From Podarcis muralis (taxonomy: Eukaryota), in NCBI RefSeq assembly GCF_964188315.1, contig NC_135656.1, positions 44,454,001 through 44,518,000 of the forward strand: 64,000 nt of DNA, read 5' to 3'. Each line of letters begins with the position of its first letter. Positions within the stretch are counted from its first letter, which is position 1. Shown one piece after another: positions 50,891-62,524 of the stretch. The position numbers were made by a program, and so were the translations under genes. Below the pieces are notes generated by a model that made no database searches, was not told the origin of the DNA, and saw only the letters and a program-made list of their open reading frames with translations.

Positions 50891-53146
50891 GGACTTGGAT
50901 TAAAATCGCAAGATGACTTTGAATGAACTGACTTAACAAAACGAAGTAAAACTTGCCAGAAGCCAGAAGATTGGGCAAAGCTCGTCAATGCACTTAAGAT
51001 TAGGACTCCAGACTGCTTTCCTTGACAAAAGGAGAAAATTACAAATAGGGTTGTGAAGGAGGCTCCTAAACATGGTTGGTCTTGCAGTCTCAGTCATCTG
51101 GTGGCTTGTTGCTATGTCTGCTTCATGCCTTTTGCTCACCTGAATGTGGATCTGTTTGGTAGTCCAGTTCAGTGAAATGGACAACTCTGAAGTTCAGACA
51201 TGGTGCTGTACCCAGACTGGAAGGAGGCTGGCAATGAGGTGGGACATGCAATTCTGATCAGCGGTGTGGCCTAGACTTTGTTCTAAAGGAGCGTTGATGT
51301 TGGCTACTGTAGAATGACCAAATCATGCACACGCCACTTCTGTGATTTGACAGGTGCTCAGGTGCTATGGGAAGCAAAAGCAATTTTGGATCTGCCTACC
51401 TTGATTTTACAAAAGCCTTCCAGCACCATACTTATCTCCATTCAGGCAGGGGGGTAGAACAGCATAACCAGCATCTCCTGGGAAATGTCTGTTTAAATAA
51501 TTAACCACTTGTCATCTGGAGATTTCAGCCAGGAAAGTTTTCAAGGATAGCAATATGACCTTCCTTCGACAACCCATTGAAATGATGAAGAGGCTTTCTC
51601 CTTTTTAAAATAAGGAACAGCAGTCGAATAACCTTTGTAGCATATTAAGTGAAAGCTCGTTTCAGGAAAGTACTTGGTGCACTTGAATCAAGTCCGGTTA
51701 ACGTTGGGATGAAAATTTTAGGGCAGCCTTTCTCAACCTTTGTTCCTCAAATGTCAGCCTATAGTTCCCACCATCCCTGACCACTGGTCCTGCTAGCTAG
51801 AGAAGAGAGGAGTTGTAGTCCAACATCATCTTGGGATCCAAAGTTGAGAAAGGCTATATCAAGTTACAATCCTTGGTCTACTTGTAAATAAGCTATTTTA
51901 ATCCATAGATCTTCCTAGTAAGTATGGCTGGTTTCTGCACCAGGCTTATTTCTCTTCTGCTTTGTCGTCCTTCCTCTCTCCCACCCTAGGATGGGGTGCA
52001 GGAAGATTCTCTGCCTAAAGAAAGCTTTTTAAAGCATTGGCTCATTTATTTGCATGGAAGTGCTATCATAGGAGACCTCTTTAAGTCTTGGAACTAGCCG
52101 AGCAGAGCTAATGACAATTATTCCTCCCCCCGCCCCCACTTCACAAAGGGCCTTCTACACTGCTCTCTCTCCTTTGGTCAAACATTTTCTGTAGCATATA
52201 GTCGGTGTGAAGGAATTTCCTCACAAACCCAACTCTTCAATCTAGAGTGCAAAGGAATAGGCTGGGATGACACTTGCACCCAGAGCAATTGTTGGGTCAG
52301 CTTCACTGCAAAATGGGTGGCTAAGCCCTGGGAAAAGGAATCTCTCACAGTCTTGACAGGAAAATGGTGACTGCTTATGTTGGGGAATCTATGGCCCTCT
52401 AGATATTGCTGGACCAAAGCTAGCATTTCTGATTGTAGGCGGAGCTGATGGCAATCGGAGCCCGATGTCTGGAGGGCCCCATGTTTCCTGTCACTGGTTT
52501 AGCATTCCTCAGGTATCTCATTTTGTGAATACGTGGCTGGCCAAGATGTCAAATGAAGCATTCGCAGAAGGCAGAATTGGAGCAAGCACTCTCCCAGCAT
52601 TTGCAGTTCAGGTCACTGTTATTATTTTTTACAGCAAGCTGCAATCTGTTTTACAAATGGTTTCAGTAGCTCCTCTGACAGCTACACAGTACCATCGTGT
52701 GGCTATCTTGATGTACCACATATTTCAAAGGGCTGTGTGTTTTTAATGTTAATGGGATGAAGTTAATCTTAGCTGAGTTGGGTTGTACAGGGGCTATTTT
52801 CCTTGTCTGTACTGAAAACTTGAGGTCACTGGTTTCATTTAGAGAGATAACATCAGAGTAAAACAAGCACCCCAGTTCTGCCTGTTTCTGATGGTGATCC
52901 AAAATATGTATTGTGGAAATGGGATAAGTTAATGTCATCATTGTTCATTTGTATGCTCCCTTTCCATCGTTAAACCATGCTGTCTGTGCAGATGTAGATA
53001 ATTACAAAAATATAACACAATTTAAGTGGTCATAAACAATAAATGAAAACATCCCAGTAAATATACCAAAAAATTAAACTATCCTCAAATAATTCAGAAA
53101 ATGATCATAGCAAAGGCTAACAATAGATACAGAAACAATACCAATA

Positions 53147-53372
53147 CAGCGGTACCTCGGGTTACATACGCTTCAGGTTACAGACTCTGCTAACCCAGAA
53201 ATAGTGCTTCAGGTTAAGAGCTTTGCTTCAGGATGAGAACAGAAATTATGCTCCGGCGGTGCGGCAGCAGCAGGAGGCCCCATTAGCTAAAGTGGTGCTT
53301 CAGGTTAAGAACAGTTTCACGTTAAGTATGGACCTCTGGAATGAATTAAGTACTTAACCCGAGGTACCACTG
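53147..53372 (+). mobile_element. Tigger-like MITE, copy 4
   Basis: Same family, TA-flanked. Confidence 0.88.
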
Positions 53373-56300
53373 TAACAGCAAAAATTAATCACCTCCAAAA
53401 TTCAGTCTTGACCCCAACAGAAACTAAATGCCCACATCAGTAGTCTCTAGGCAGCTGGTCCTGCAGGTAAGATAGTCTCTGTTCCTTGCAACAGTAGCAG
53501 CTTTTGTAGTGGGAGTCAGTCTGGGCCTGGGCCTGCAAAGCAGGGAGCAGGTCTTGTAGGAATTACAGCAAAGATGGTTTCAGATACATTCATCTACCCC
53601 TGCTTGTAACAGTGAATGCAGGTTATCAACCTTGACTAGTAGTACAGACATGACTTAGATTCCCCTGTTCTTTTAAAAGTGTTATCTACCTGAACAGCCC
53701 ATACAGGTGTATACTAAAGCAGCTGTTCATGAATATGTTTGTACTGAGCATTCTTAATTTGTGATTCCTGTGGGAGAATACAAATGATGGAGTCAATGAG
53801 AATGGAAATCCACTTCTAGCTGCAGGAGCTCTGTCTCCTGCCTGCAGCAGGCAAAGGGAGTTACATGAAAGGAGAGGCTATACTTTTAAACATTGTTTTC
53901 TGTAATACGGATTATAGCCATAGGTTGCAGCTAGTGTGGTTAGTTTCTTTGGGACAGGAGTAATAATGGCATGTATGGGGTACAGAACGGGACGGCTAGT
54001 TTCCAGAACTCCAATGAATATAAGGGAATATAAGTGGGTAAGAAATCAGATAAATGAACATGAAATGCCAACAGGTGCTCGGCTGAAGCTGGCACAAATG
54101 ATATAGCTGACAATGGAGGAGAATCTTTATGTAAATACTGGATTAATGGGGGTTCTATTAGGGTATAATCCCCTTTAAAGAAACCTCAATCTGATTGCTT
54201 GACCCATATAATCACACAGTTGGAGGGCATCCCCATTGCACCTGGGTTGAGGGCTCATGCACACATCCAAATCTTCTGCAAAGCTTATCAAATAGTCAAG
54301 GTCACACACTCTTTATCACTTCTGTTATTCAGAAATGGGCACCATAATTGAATGTACTTAATGTGATCTAGGTAATAAACTTTTAAGCTGTGCAGCCAGG
54401 TGGCAATAATGTGTTAGTTAGAGTGAACTCGTTTTTTCCTTAAACCCTCATGCATTTCCCCAAAGCATATTCTGATATCTAGCGAAGATACCTGAAACTT
54501 CTTACCCAAAGTAGTTAAACCACAATTTTCTATAGGTTTCATCTCTAGGTTCTAGAACAGAGCCAAACAGGTAATTATTGCCGTGACAGTTTATAACATG
54601 ATGACAAAGTACATTTTTGAGAGCGTGTTATGAGGCATACTAACAGTGTAGTCCTAAACATGTTTACTAAGAAGCAAGTTCCATCTGTTTATTGGGGGGG
54701 GGGCTTTCTCCTTGGTAAGTGGGCATGCGTAGGATTGTAGCCGGTATCTGTCACCTTAATAGCATAAAATATGGTAATAATGCTCAGTGTTAATGGAGTG
54801 CATTTGACCCACAGGTTTTTAACTGCAGGTACAAAGGCTTTTGTCTCAGTGCTTGGGTTAATGATATGTGGATACATACAGTATAGTACAGAAGTGAAAT
54901 AAAGTATGGCTAGGAGAGAGGAGATTTGCTCTGCAACATTATGCTGCTTTGCTTTGAACTTGAAGGTATCAGGTATTGTAATAGATTATGGGCTTGAGCC
55001 TGGGCTTTCGGTCCTGATATGTTACAAAAAATTCCCAATTGCATTGCCCTATACAAAAAATGCATACCTTTGTAACGAGAACTTATTCTGTACTAACTGT
55101 CATGACGCCATTTCAAGGTCACTGTAATTTGCTAACTGATGACTCCAAATCTGAATTCATTGAATAGTGTCTGAACTTCAAATGATGTTATAAAAGAGCC
55201 ATTTTAATGCTGATTAGTTAAAATTAATTTCAATTAAAACATCTCATATGCTGTGTTCACTAGAAGTGTGGGGTTAGTTTCTTTGGAAATCAAGTTCATA
55301 ATGATAACTTTGTTAAGTGATAAGATGTACAATGACAAAGAAAGTGCTTAAAATTTAACACATCATTAACTTAGCTTTGGGGCCATTAAGTTAACTTACT
55401 ATACAATGTATTATCAAAGAATACTTGAGGATGAATGAACAGCCTTCAGACCCTTGACTTACCTGCTCTGCAATGCTTTCCTTTTAATATATTGATATGT
55501 AAAACCATTCCATTGTATATGATGATTTGCTTATGAAGGCAGTTGTCCCTCCGGGATTCTTATTTCCAGTACAATAACACCTCAGAGCTGTAAATTCTAA
55601 ATAACTGGTGCAAAATAGGATGGTGTGGCAGGTAGGGAAATGTCTTTAGGAAAGTAGATTATAATTTCACACCCTGTTGAGTGAGCTGTGCTGTCACCAG
55701 ACTCCTGTAAAAGCGAGGTGGTATTGTATTGGTTTTCTTCATGTTAGCAAATGAAGCAGAACAATCTTTTGGTAAAGAAACTATTGAAAGGACAGAGGAG
55801 AAGAGGAATGTGCTCAGAGGTGGAAGAGACATCAACAAGCATCTATCCGACTCTAGATGCACATTTACACTGGAGACAGCAAGGCTTCTTAATTCACCCC
55901 TTTTTTTCTGCTCATGCCAACTGACAAGCCACTCATAAAACTCTAGAGAATGCTGTGAGAGGCCTCTTATTCATTTGCAAATCCCAAAAGCTAACCGGAA
56001 GATGTACTATGTGGAGCCAAGTACCACGGAGGTGTGACCATGAAGGGAAGCAGTGCTCATTGAGCAGCAAGAATTATTGCATTTACTCCTCTTTCCATGT
56101 ACAGTACCCATGCACACAGTGATAATTAGTGTGTAAGTGTATCTTCAATAGTTTGTAAAAGAATGTCTTTTAAGTTTGTAAAAGAATGTCTTTTAAGGTC
56201 TTCTCCTCCTTCCAACTTGCTTTCTGTTTTTAAAAACCTAGTACTTCCTTCTCTCTCTCTCTCTCTCTCTTACAATTTTTTATTTGTTTTTAAACAAATA

Positions 56301-56537
56301 CAAATACAAGAACACTTATCCAGCAGTACATCTAATGGTGTTTGTTTTATCCACTGTCTCTAGACATACACTTGCACATTCAACATTCAAACATAATGTA
56401 ACCTCTCCTTATTGAGTGGTTGGTATAAGGAGGTCTTGATTTTGGTCATTAACATAGTGAAAGAAAAGGGTCCACATTTCTTGGAAGGTGTCTTTATTTA
56501 GTATGCCTTTAATTGCCCTCCTGTATCTGGTAAGATG

Positions 56538-56903
56538 GGACGCGGGTGGCGCTGTGGGTAAAACCTCAGCGCCTAGGACTTGCCAATCTTCAGGTCGGCG
56601 GTTCGAATCCCCGCGGCGGGGTGCGCTCCCATCGTTCGGTCCCAGCGCCTGCCAACCTAGCAGTTCGAAAGCACCCCTGGGTGCAAGTAGATAAATAGGG
56701 ACCGCTTACCAGCGGGAAGGTAAACGGCGTTCCGTGTGCTGTACTGGTGCCGGCTCGCCAGATGCAGCTTGTCACACTGGCCACGTGACCCGGAAGTGTC
56801 TGCGGACAGCGCTGGCTCCCGGCCTATAGAGTGAGATGAGCGCACAACCCTAGAGTCTGGCAAGACTGGCCCGTATGGGCAGGGGTATCTTTACCTTTAC
56901 CTT
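56538..56903 (+). mobile_element. Sauria SINE, full length, tandem copy A
   Basis: Head ggacgcgggtggcgctgtggg, B box ggttcgaatcc, tail ttacctttacctt. Resembles the 41284 copy (cccagcgcc, ggccacgtgacc). Confidence 0.92.
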
Positions 56904-56917
56904 TATCTGGTAAGATG

Positions 56918-57275
56918 GGACACAGGTGGCGCTGTGGGTTAAACCACAGAGCCCAGGACTTGCCAATCAGAAGGTCGGTGGTTTGAATCCCCATGATGGG
57001 GTTAGCTCCTGTTGCTTGGTCCCTGCTCCTGCCAACCTAGCAGTTCGAAAGCATGTCAAAGTGCAAGTAGATAAATAGGTACCGCTCTGGCGGGAAGGTA
57101 AACGATGTTTTCCTTGTGCTGCTCTGGTTCGCCAGAAGCGGCTTAGTCATGCTGGCCACATGACCCGGAAGCTGTCTGCGGACAAACGCTGGCTCCCTTG
57201 ACCCATAGAGCGAGATGAGCGCGCAACCCCAGAGTCAGTCACAGCTAGACCTAATGGTCAGGGGTCCTTTTACTT
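56918..57275 (+). mobile_element. Sauria SINE, full length, tandem copy B
   Basis: Head ggacacaggtggcgctgtggg. Resembles the 14790 copy (ttaaaccacagagcc, catgctggccacatgacc). Confidence 0.92.
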
Positions 57276-58554
57276 TATCTGGTAAGATGCTCGAACACTG
57301 CTGTATCCCAGATACTATTTCCCCATGTGCTCAGGGGTATTTCAATCTGGTTCTTCCACTGTTGAGCTATTGCTAATTGTGCTGTGGTCAGTAAAAAGCT
57401 TACTAGTTCTCTGTGTTGCAGGGTGGAACCTAGGTTGGTGTCCAAAGACAGTAAGACTAAGACAGGATTTGGAGAAAGGGATTGGCCTGTAATGGCAGAT
57501 ATAATGGAGAATTCTGAATTCCATAATTTTTTTAAACATGGGGGCATTCCCACCAAACATGAATAAATAAACCAAGATTCCCATAGCCCTTCCAACATAA
57601 AGAGGAAAGGGAAGGATAATGGAGATAGTGGAGATCTCTAGAAGTAGCTGTGCACCACTTTGAGGAGGGTGAGGGGTGGCAGATGGAAAAAGATTACATG
57701 GGCAGGTGAGGGAACTGCCTGCACTTTCACAAGGCACGTGTATCTGGAGAATATGGATGGAACCAGCATGGAACTAACATGTACATATGTGTAAACCTTT
57801 CTTTCTTTCTGTTATTTTGTGGAGATAAAAACTTCAATAAAAATTATTTTTTTTTAAAAAAAGGAAATTAGGTGGAGTATTGCAAATAAACTTAGGTGCT
57901 GCTGTGTACCCTTAGTTTCAGATCAACGGGGGGTGGGGTGGGGGTGGGGAGAAAACTATTCCCAAGGACAAGTACAAGGAGTGTGCTTATGGTATTTTTG
58001 GATCCGTTATAGGAAGCCTATTTGTATAAGACACTAAAGAGGCAGAGTGCCAAGGACAAAGGGTGTCCTTGAATGCTGAAATGTATTTTAGAGAATGAAG
58101 TTTTCATAAGTTGCCGCAGATGGAGGTTTTACCTTCTGTCGCATGAATACCAAATGCCTTCTCTTTGCTTAGTCGTTGTGCGGTGAGAGCATATTCTGGG
58201 TCATTGCTCAGCAGCAAAAACTATTATTTTCTCAAAAATGCTTTCATAGTCCTCCTGAAGTTATTTGTCGATCACTTGATTGAAAAGTTCCAAACTTTGT
58301 CCTAGCCTGTTCCCTGAGCTCTTTGTGAAAGCAATGCAAGTGGCAACAGAATTCTGCATTTTCAATTTGTAACGCAAGTGAAATGAGAAATGTCTTGGCC
58401 CCCGTACATTTTAAGGGTGATTAGAAAAGCTGTTTCGAATATCACTAAAGCTGTGTTAGGGTTCAGCTTGTACAGTAGTAGCCCTCAAATCAAGTTTCTT
58501 AAACTATAAAGTCAAACAACACAAGCGCTTGTCTTCGCTAGACGTTTGTCACAC

Positions 58555-58855
58555 TCTCCTAACACTGGAACTCGTGGTCTTCCAATGAAGCTGAATGTTG
58601 GAAGATTCAGGACAGGTAGGAGAAAGCCCTTCTTCATGCAGTGCATGGTTAAACGATGGAATTTGCTCCCACAGGAGGCAGGGATGGCCAACCAACTTTG
58701 GAAGATGGCTTCCAAAGAGGATTAGACAAATTACCTTAATGGAGGAGAGGCCCAGCAATGGCTGTTAGTCATGATGGCTATGTTCTACCTCCATAGTCAA
58801 AGTAACGCTTCTGAATGCCAGGAGAAGTGCTCTGGTGTTCAGGTTGTGCTTGCTT
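58555..58855 (+). mobile_element. CR1 LINE 3' fragment
   Basis: Remnant of TRG.PMKLNVGRFRT...FFMQCMVKRWNLLPQEA, a CR1 ORF2 C-terminus, plus 3' UTR. Confidence 0.72.
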
Positions 58856-58968
58856 GATTAAATCAATCATCTTCCTCCTCCCCAGCCCTGCAGTCCTTTT
58901 CATCCTTGGTGAAGGCGAAGCTTGTTGAAGGGCTCAGAAAATATTATTTATTTATTTCAAAGCATTTA

Positions 58969-59193
58969 CAGTGGTACCTCGGGTTACATACGCTTCAGGT
59001 TACAGACCCTTCAGGTTACAGACTCCGCTAACCCAGAAATAGTACCTCGGGTTAAGAACTTTGCTTCAGGATGAGAACAGAAATCGTGCTCCGGTGGCGT
59101 GGGGGCAGCGAGAGGCCCCATTAGCTAAAGTGGTGCTTCAGGTTAAGAACAGACCTCCAGAACAAATTAAGTTCTTAACCCGAGGTACCACTG
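58969..59193 (+). mobile_element. Tigger-like MITE, copy 5
   Basis: Same family, TA-flanked. Confidence 0.88.
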
Positions 59194-59639
59194 TATTTAG
59201 TTTTATGCCAACCATTTTAAGGAAAGAAGAAGAAAAGAAACTTGAAAAATTTGATACATCTAGTTGAAGAGGTAAGAATTCCTAATATTTCACCAGCCAT
59301 AGTTCAAAATTTAAAATTGTAAATCTTCCTAAGAAAGCACTTGCACCTGAGTTTTCTCAAGTCTTATTGCACCAGTACCCGCTTTTCAGTAAAAGATTCA
59401 TAGATCTGTCTTACCCATACAGGCCATGTCCCAAACATTAATTTGTGAGTCTTCCATGGTTGGAGGACAACTTTTATTCCCGTTATAAAGGATGGTTATA
59501 TGGACTGCAGTTATTAAGTACTATCACTTTATCTCCTGTTGGCACTGCATCTGTTACAACCAAATAAAAGGATCAATGAATATGTTAGCAAAGTAGGATC
59601 TGTGATGTTTTTAATTTTTTTAATAAGATTTCTTATTTT

Positions 59640-60130
59640 AGGACAGTTCTAAAATATATGTAAGAGATTGGCATTAGACATCTCACATCTCCAACAAAAG
59701 TATTTGCCATTTTGTGTATAGTACGATTAAAAAGTTTTGGCATTAGATACCATTTAAAAATCAAGGTTTACACTAGACATATTCTGTGGTACATTCAGCC
59801 ATGTCCATCTATGTATATTTATTGATACTTTCTGACCTTGTTCTTTCCCCCATTTGGACTGATAGAAATTGGGCAAACTCTCTTGATTCACAATAATGTT
59901 ATGAATTTTGCTTAACACATGTGTTGGGTATTCCTTCAACATTGACAGTTCAAATTTGGTAAGTCCTCTTAAAGAACTGTATTTGAGAATTAAGGGATAA
60001 ACAATAGTAAGGAGTTGCAAATATTGAAAAAAAGATGAGGATGGTTGTTGTTGCATCTTGTTAATGATTTCATTATATGATACCATCTTTGAAGCATTTC
60101 CTAAGTTATATGTAACCATATGTTTTCCAT
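59640..60130 (-). mobile_element. L1/Tx1-like ORF2 internal fragment
   Basis: ORF 59754-60119 has FFQYLQL and SKW.KEQG, followed by a KWYLMP (RWYxTP-like) motif. Confidence 0.6.
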
Positions 60131-60921
60131 AATACTGTATAGTTTTTTGATTGCCGTAGAAGGCAGTGACATTTTAATCCTTTAGAGGGCAGACATGTAA
60201 CAGAAAACAGTTTATCACCGGGATCTACTTCAAGTAAAGACAAGTAATGATGGATAGGCAGAAAGCTGGATAGCAGCCTTTTTAGAATAGATCATATAGG
60301 CCAGTGCTTCAAAATCATAAACTGTATATCCTGGATACAAACCCACATTGCAGGCACCTGTTTTTAAAATAAGGCTCTCACAGAGCTTAGTAGTTGTGAA
60401 GCAAGCAAACAACCAACCCAGAGTGAATTAAGAGGACATGCATTTTGGAGCGGAATTATACGTAGTTGGAGATTTTGGCACTGAGATCTTTGTATAGCTG
60501 AGTGACTTTAAAAATGCTGAAAATTTTGGGGTCTTTACAACATCTGTGCTACTGGCTGTCAAACTTTGGGTGTGGTGATCTGTCATGGAACAACCCCAGT
60601 GTTGAAGAAGATAACACTGGTTACCCAGACCTCATTGCTGGTTGCAAAGCCTCCCCTCCCCTTCACAGTTCCAGCTTCAAGGCCCCCAAAATGTAGGTCT
60701 GCCCCTGGTCAGGATGAATAACTATTGTCTAATTAATGGGTATGACGTGTGCAGCACAATCCTGAACTTGTATACTCAGAGAAAAGTCCCATTGAAATAA
60801 TGGGGTTCACTCCCAGGTAAGTGGGATTATGATTGCAGCCTTCGTCTGTGTATGTTTACTCAAAAGTAAGTCCCAACCTCAGGAGTGGTTTGGACAGCGC
60901 AAAGTTCCTGCAATCCCAATA

Positions 60922-61163
60922 CAGCGGTACCTCGGGTTACAGACGCTTCATGTTACAGACACTTCAGGTTACAGACTCTGCTAACCCAGAAATAGTACCT
61001 CAGGTTAAGAACTTTGCTTCAGGATGAGAACAGAAATTGTGTGGCGGCGGTGTGGCAGCAGTGGGAGGCCCCATTAGCTAAAGTGGTACCTCAGGTTAAG
61101 AACAGTTTCAGGTTAAGAACGGACCTCCAGAACGAATTAAGTTTTTAACCCGAGGTCCCACTG
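60922..61163 (+). mobile_element. Tigger-like MITE, copy 6
   Basis: Same family, TA-flanked. Confidence 0.88.
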
Positions 61164-62380
61164 TACAAGATGAGAAGTAGCAGAGCTATTGGCTCTGGCA
61201 GATGTGCCTCATCCCTGCAGGGGCTTAAAGAGAGGCCCAGCACTGTTGGGGGGCAGGGACAGAGAGCTTCTTAGTAGGATAGGCTCCTAAACATGCCTAC
61301 TCAGAGGTAAATGCCATTACTGTGAAGTAAATGCTTTGACAAATATATATTCTAAGAAGCTGCCACTCTCTGGCTTTATGTCTTTTAGGTTAAGATGGGC
61401 TGCCTTCTGGGGATACAGTTGTGATAGCCACTAGACGTGCTCATTTGCTTGGATTGTCACCAGTCTTGTTTTAAATTCTAGATAGTGGACAATCTAAGGA
61501 TCTTTCTAGCTGAGGTCCCAAAGCACCAAGTATTGTAGACTGAGCCAGAGGCAGCAAGATTTCCTGACACCTTAATGTGATTTAATATAAATGGGGGTGA
61601 AATCACAACAGTGCCAAGAGTCACTGATTTATAGTTTTGAATCCTCTGGCGCTGCTTCTCAAAAGAAATGTGCAAAAATATTATAGTGATTCCCTTTAAT
61701 AGCAAACTCAGGTAGTCGAGTGTCTACATCCATGTGGAAGCATGCCAGGCGTTCTTGGACACCAACCTAAGATTTAGACATGCTTAGGATTCCCTAGGTG
61801 CACAGAACAATGCACTTATACAAATAAAAATATGTCCCCACTCCCCTGACTGTCTGAATTTCTGAAGCTTTTCAGGACCTATGGAATACACAAGGGAAAA
61901 AAACCCCTAGAGTAACTCATTTCATTATCTTTAGAGGGAGATTCTGGATTCACAAGTACTGTAATTTTTAGTCTTCCCTGGTGTGGAACTGAGAGCTGAA
62001 GAATTCCAGAAGGATGTTCTTGGACTTTTCTATAGGTTTTTCCAATTTGAAAATGCCCATAGAAAACAATGGAGAAATCCAATATTTTATTACCATCAAT
62101 CCATCATTTTCTAACTCTGGTATTATTTCATGTGATTTCCCCCCTCCAAAGTCAATACAGTTCATTATCCCCATATTGCAGCCAGGGAAGACTGAGGCTG
62201 GTGGGAGAGGGTGGCTTGCAATTAGCTTTGCAATGTAATCCACTGATGGTCAGAGGCTGGACTATGAGAAATGGAAGTGGGGTTTGGGCACACTGTGTCA
62301 GTCTAGCAAATGTGAGCACAGTTGAACCATGGGATGTCAAAATAGTTGGGAGGAAATTGGCCTGATGGAACCCCCTAACT

Positions 62381-62524
62381 CAGGCTTCCTCAAACTCGGC
62401 CCTCTAGATGTTTTGAGACTACAATTCCCATCATCCCTGACCACTGGTGCTGCTAGCTAGGGATCATCGGAGTTGTGGGCCAAAAAAAAATAAAAATCCG
62501 GAGGGCCGAGTTTGAGGAAGCCTG
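62381..62524. mobile_element. hAT-type palindromic MITE (family of 747-882)
   Basis: TIR caggcttcctcaaactcggccct with a perfect 8-bp TSD ccctaact (62373-62380, 62525-62532). Confidence 0.85.

Larger units (their letters stand above)
56270..57640 (-). mobile_element. Decayed L1/Tx1-like LINE 3' end, split by a SINE tandem
   Basis: FIHVWWECPHV zinc-knuckle remnant near 57530-57570. The frame ...QQWKNQIEIPLSTWGNSIWDTAVFEHLTRY rejoins RRAIKGILNKDTFQEMWTLFFHY once the SINEs are removed. Confidence 0.7.

Noticed and set aside
56151-56196. 23-bp tandem duplication (similar 18-bp one near 35720)
   Set aside because: Simple two-copy slippage in AT-rich DNA with no further structure.
56538-56620. tRNA gene (A/B boxes, GGTTCGAATCC)
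   Set aside because: This is the tRNA-derived head of a Sauria SINE and continues into SINE body.
57928-57949. Four G-runs with G-quadruplex potential
   Set aside because: Isolated intergenic tract with no functional context. Such tracts are common.
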